Source of the DNA: Psammoneis japonica
Lineage: Eukaryota
DNA: 64,000 nucleotides
Assembly: GCA_008632985.1 (NCBI GenBank)
Contig: QPGO01000029.1
Coordinates: forward strand, 322,874-386,873
Direction of reading: 5' to 3'
Shown here: one piece after another, positions 61,619 to 64,000 of the stretch
How the letters are laid out: each line of letters starts with the position of its first letter
Position numbering within the stretch: position 1 is the first letter of the stretch
Program-made: the position numbers and the translations under genes
The notes under the pieces: model-generated
Databases searched by the model: none
Told to the model about the DNA's origin: nothing
What the model saw: only the letters and a program-made list of their open reading frames with translations

Positions 61619-63966
61619 CTAGTCTGAAGCCAATGCCTGCAAAAGCCGTTTGCGTTTGTCGCTGTCGTCAAAGGTCGCCACAATGAGCCTCGAGAGCTCC
61701 GCTCCAGTGACATCTCGAAACACGCCGTCCGCCAAGGCTGATTCAATCTGCGCAATCCCCATATCCATGAATTTTCCAATCGCTTCAAAGCGATTCCAAA
61801 GTCGTGACGTTGAAATCAAACTGGACATTTTTCGTGTCGCGTGGCAAAAGAGTCCACTCACATAATGACAAGCCGACTCACTAATGTCGGTCGCTTCCAA
61901 GACGCGATCCACGTACAGAGCATAAACCGTATCGACCAGAATACCAACAGCTCCAGCATACACTTCACTTGAAAGAATAGGCTTCCACTGTACAGACAAG
62001 TGGCGCAAGTGGTTCACGCCCGACACAAGAGCTGTCTCTGCGTCTGTCCATTCCGCAAGGCTTTCGTTGGACGAGAGGGCGTCGCCAAGCAGAGTGATTT
62101 TGGACCCCACCATATCGATAATCATTTGCTGATGCTTCTCAATCATATCTCCCATGCATCGATTGGCTAATTCACGAAAGGGTGGTACCATGTCGACAAA
62201 CATGCAAGATTGCTGCAGCATTTGTCCGCGGACATCGTCCGCGTTGCTCTTGAGACGAAACTTCTCCTTGTACTCTAGCCCCAGTGTCAGGCACTCATGG
62301 GCCAAAAAGACGCAATCATTGTGAAAGACGGCGGCGGTACGAGGACTGCTTTCAATGTCGCTTCCTTGTGTAGCGGGGATGAGTGCTCGAAACAGATCCA
62401 GTAATTCTCGTGCCGTGCGTACAGAGTAGGAGCAAAATGCCAGCCGGCGAGTCCACGGCTTCGTCCATGGCGCCACGACACATGCCGAAGAGCCTAGACG
62501 TTGGTTTGGAAATGGAGCACTTGTGCAACTTAAAAATGGCCAAGCCATCGTCTGGTTCGAAATCCTCCTTGGTTTTTTCATTGACGTCTTCTCCAACCTC
62601 AATGGTGTTGTGATAGTCATTGTTTAGCAGCACGTCTCGCGCGTCTCCGAGAATTTCGGCCTTCGTTTCTCGGCATACTTCTTGTCAAAGTCTTTGCAGA
62701 ATTCTGTGATTGGCGAGGGCGGATTGAGCAAGTGACGCTCCGCCATTTCCGTTTCAAACGACTGGCAAAACCGTGTAGCTTCTCAGCCATGGCTGGCAGC
62801 TTGGCGATTTGGTCCTCGTCCAAGCGTTCACAGGGGATGCACTTATCCATTATGAGTTTTGTAATGGATCGAGTCAGTGCTCCGCCGTTGGAACCAAGCA
62901 AGGCGCTTTCGAGACCAAAAGCCTTGAGATTGATTCCGTTGGGATCATCATCCGGTCCACCAAACAAACGGAGGCCCACAATCTCACAAAGCTCGGGTCG
63001 TTCGAGTAAGACGTGTTTCTCGAGAAACGTCATGACCTTTTGAATGAGCTTGAGAGTATCGCCCCAAGCAGCAACTTGATTCTCTTCGGTATCTTCCAGT
63101 GGCTTGGAGGACGAGTCTCGACGATTCGTCCAATTCAACATGTAAAGGACTCTCTGCCCGTTTGCTTCGCTACGAGTGTCTTCACGAAAGATCCAAGAGC
63201 CCGTAAAGGTTCCCTTGCGGTGATTTTCCAAGAGCGGTTCGAACACCACCTCCTGAAGCTCGTCTGCAATACGTTGCACCGCATCAAGAGGCGCTCCCAA
63301 GGCTTGCAGTACAGTAAGTGCTTCCCCCGGCGACCTGCCTCGATGGAATTGGGCCCAAATACACAGCAGTCACCAACAATAGACTCTGCACGATCCAATA
63401 AGTCGACACGCTTTCGTCTTAGCGGAATGCGAATCGAGTCCAACACAGAGTTTGCAGCCTCTAACCGCTTACGGTCCTCCTTTAGGCCTTCATTTTGTCG
63501 GTTGCCTTATCGAGAGCCGTTTGCACCTTGGCAACAAGTTTTGCCGATTCCACCCAATCCTCGTGTGTTGTAGCTTGATCTAGATACGTTCTCGCCAAAC
63601 TGCACTCCTTAAGAAAGGCAATTGCAATGTAAGTTCCTCTGCTTGGGCCTTGAGCATTTCTGGATCTGTTTCTTCTGTTTCATCATTTTTCATTGTGAGC
63701 TCCTTTAGTTCAGCCTCCATATCATTTAATTTTTCACGAGTCTCCTGCTCGACAAGAGCCGCGTCTTGCTCAAAGATCGCAAAGGCCTTGTCGTACGAAG
63801 CCTTGGGGCTGTCATTTTCTGACGCTGTCGGTGCCGTAAGAATGGGTTGCTCGTTTTGTGCTGTTGCCAAGGCTTCGCCTGCCGCCTTTTGTATCTTACG
63901 CTTCACTGCCGCGAGTCTCTTGTTCAAGTCATTTTCAGAAGCGGTATTTGACGGAACTTCCATCAT
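61619..63966 (-). CDS. ZW10: Centromere/kinetochore protein ZW10 homolog (frameshifted in this assembly)
   Basis: AAVFHNDCVFLAH, DISESAC, ELSRLIVATFDDSDKRKRLL; split over four ORFs. Confidence 0.8.
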
Positions 63967-64000
63967 TTTCAACTGGGGTCAATCTCAAATGGGTAGGAGT

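Noticed and set aside
55799..63966. Frameshifts in OSCA and ZW10 as pseudogenisation or programmed frameshifting
   Set aside because: Motifs are otherwise intact and both genes lie near an N gap; assembly indel errors are more likely (needs a read check)

Overview
Eukaryotic, gene-dense window (short GT-AG introns, gene set and transposon types resembling a stramenopile, probably a pennate diatom). It has about 20 ordinary genes, including ESF1, ISA1, a UFD1-UBX protein, a phosphoribosyltransferase, PRPP synthetase, an arylsulfatase, LCMT1, TGS1, an aldo-keto reductase, a CID protein, an OSCA/CSC1 channel and ZW10. Five repeat islands are interspersed (~1.8-12.9, 27.5-29.0, 31.7-38.4, 42.3-43.7 and 47.1-48.5 kb). 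They hold two TTAA-flanked MITEs, a complex satellite, a pogo-like DDE pseudogene and a full-length Ty3/Gypsy element nested in another repeat. Main observation: every island has almost lost the TpA dinucleotide. Paralogue, LTR, TSD and protein-motif comparisons point to directional TpA->CpA/TpG (A:T->G:C) conversion on both strands, in addition to ordinary CpG decay. This is the opposite of fungal RIP, fades next to genes and spares the genes, suggesting a repeat-targeted hypermutation process that I do not recognise from the literature. The mechanism cannot be determined from this window.
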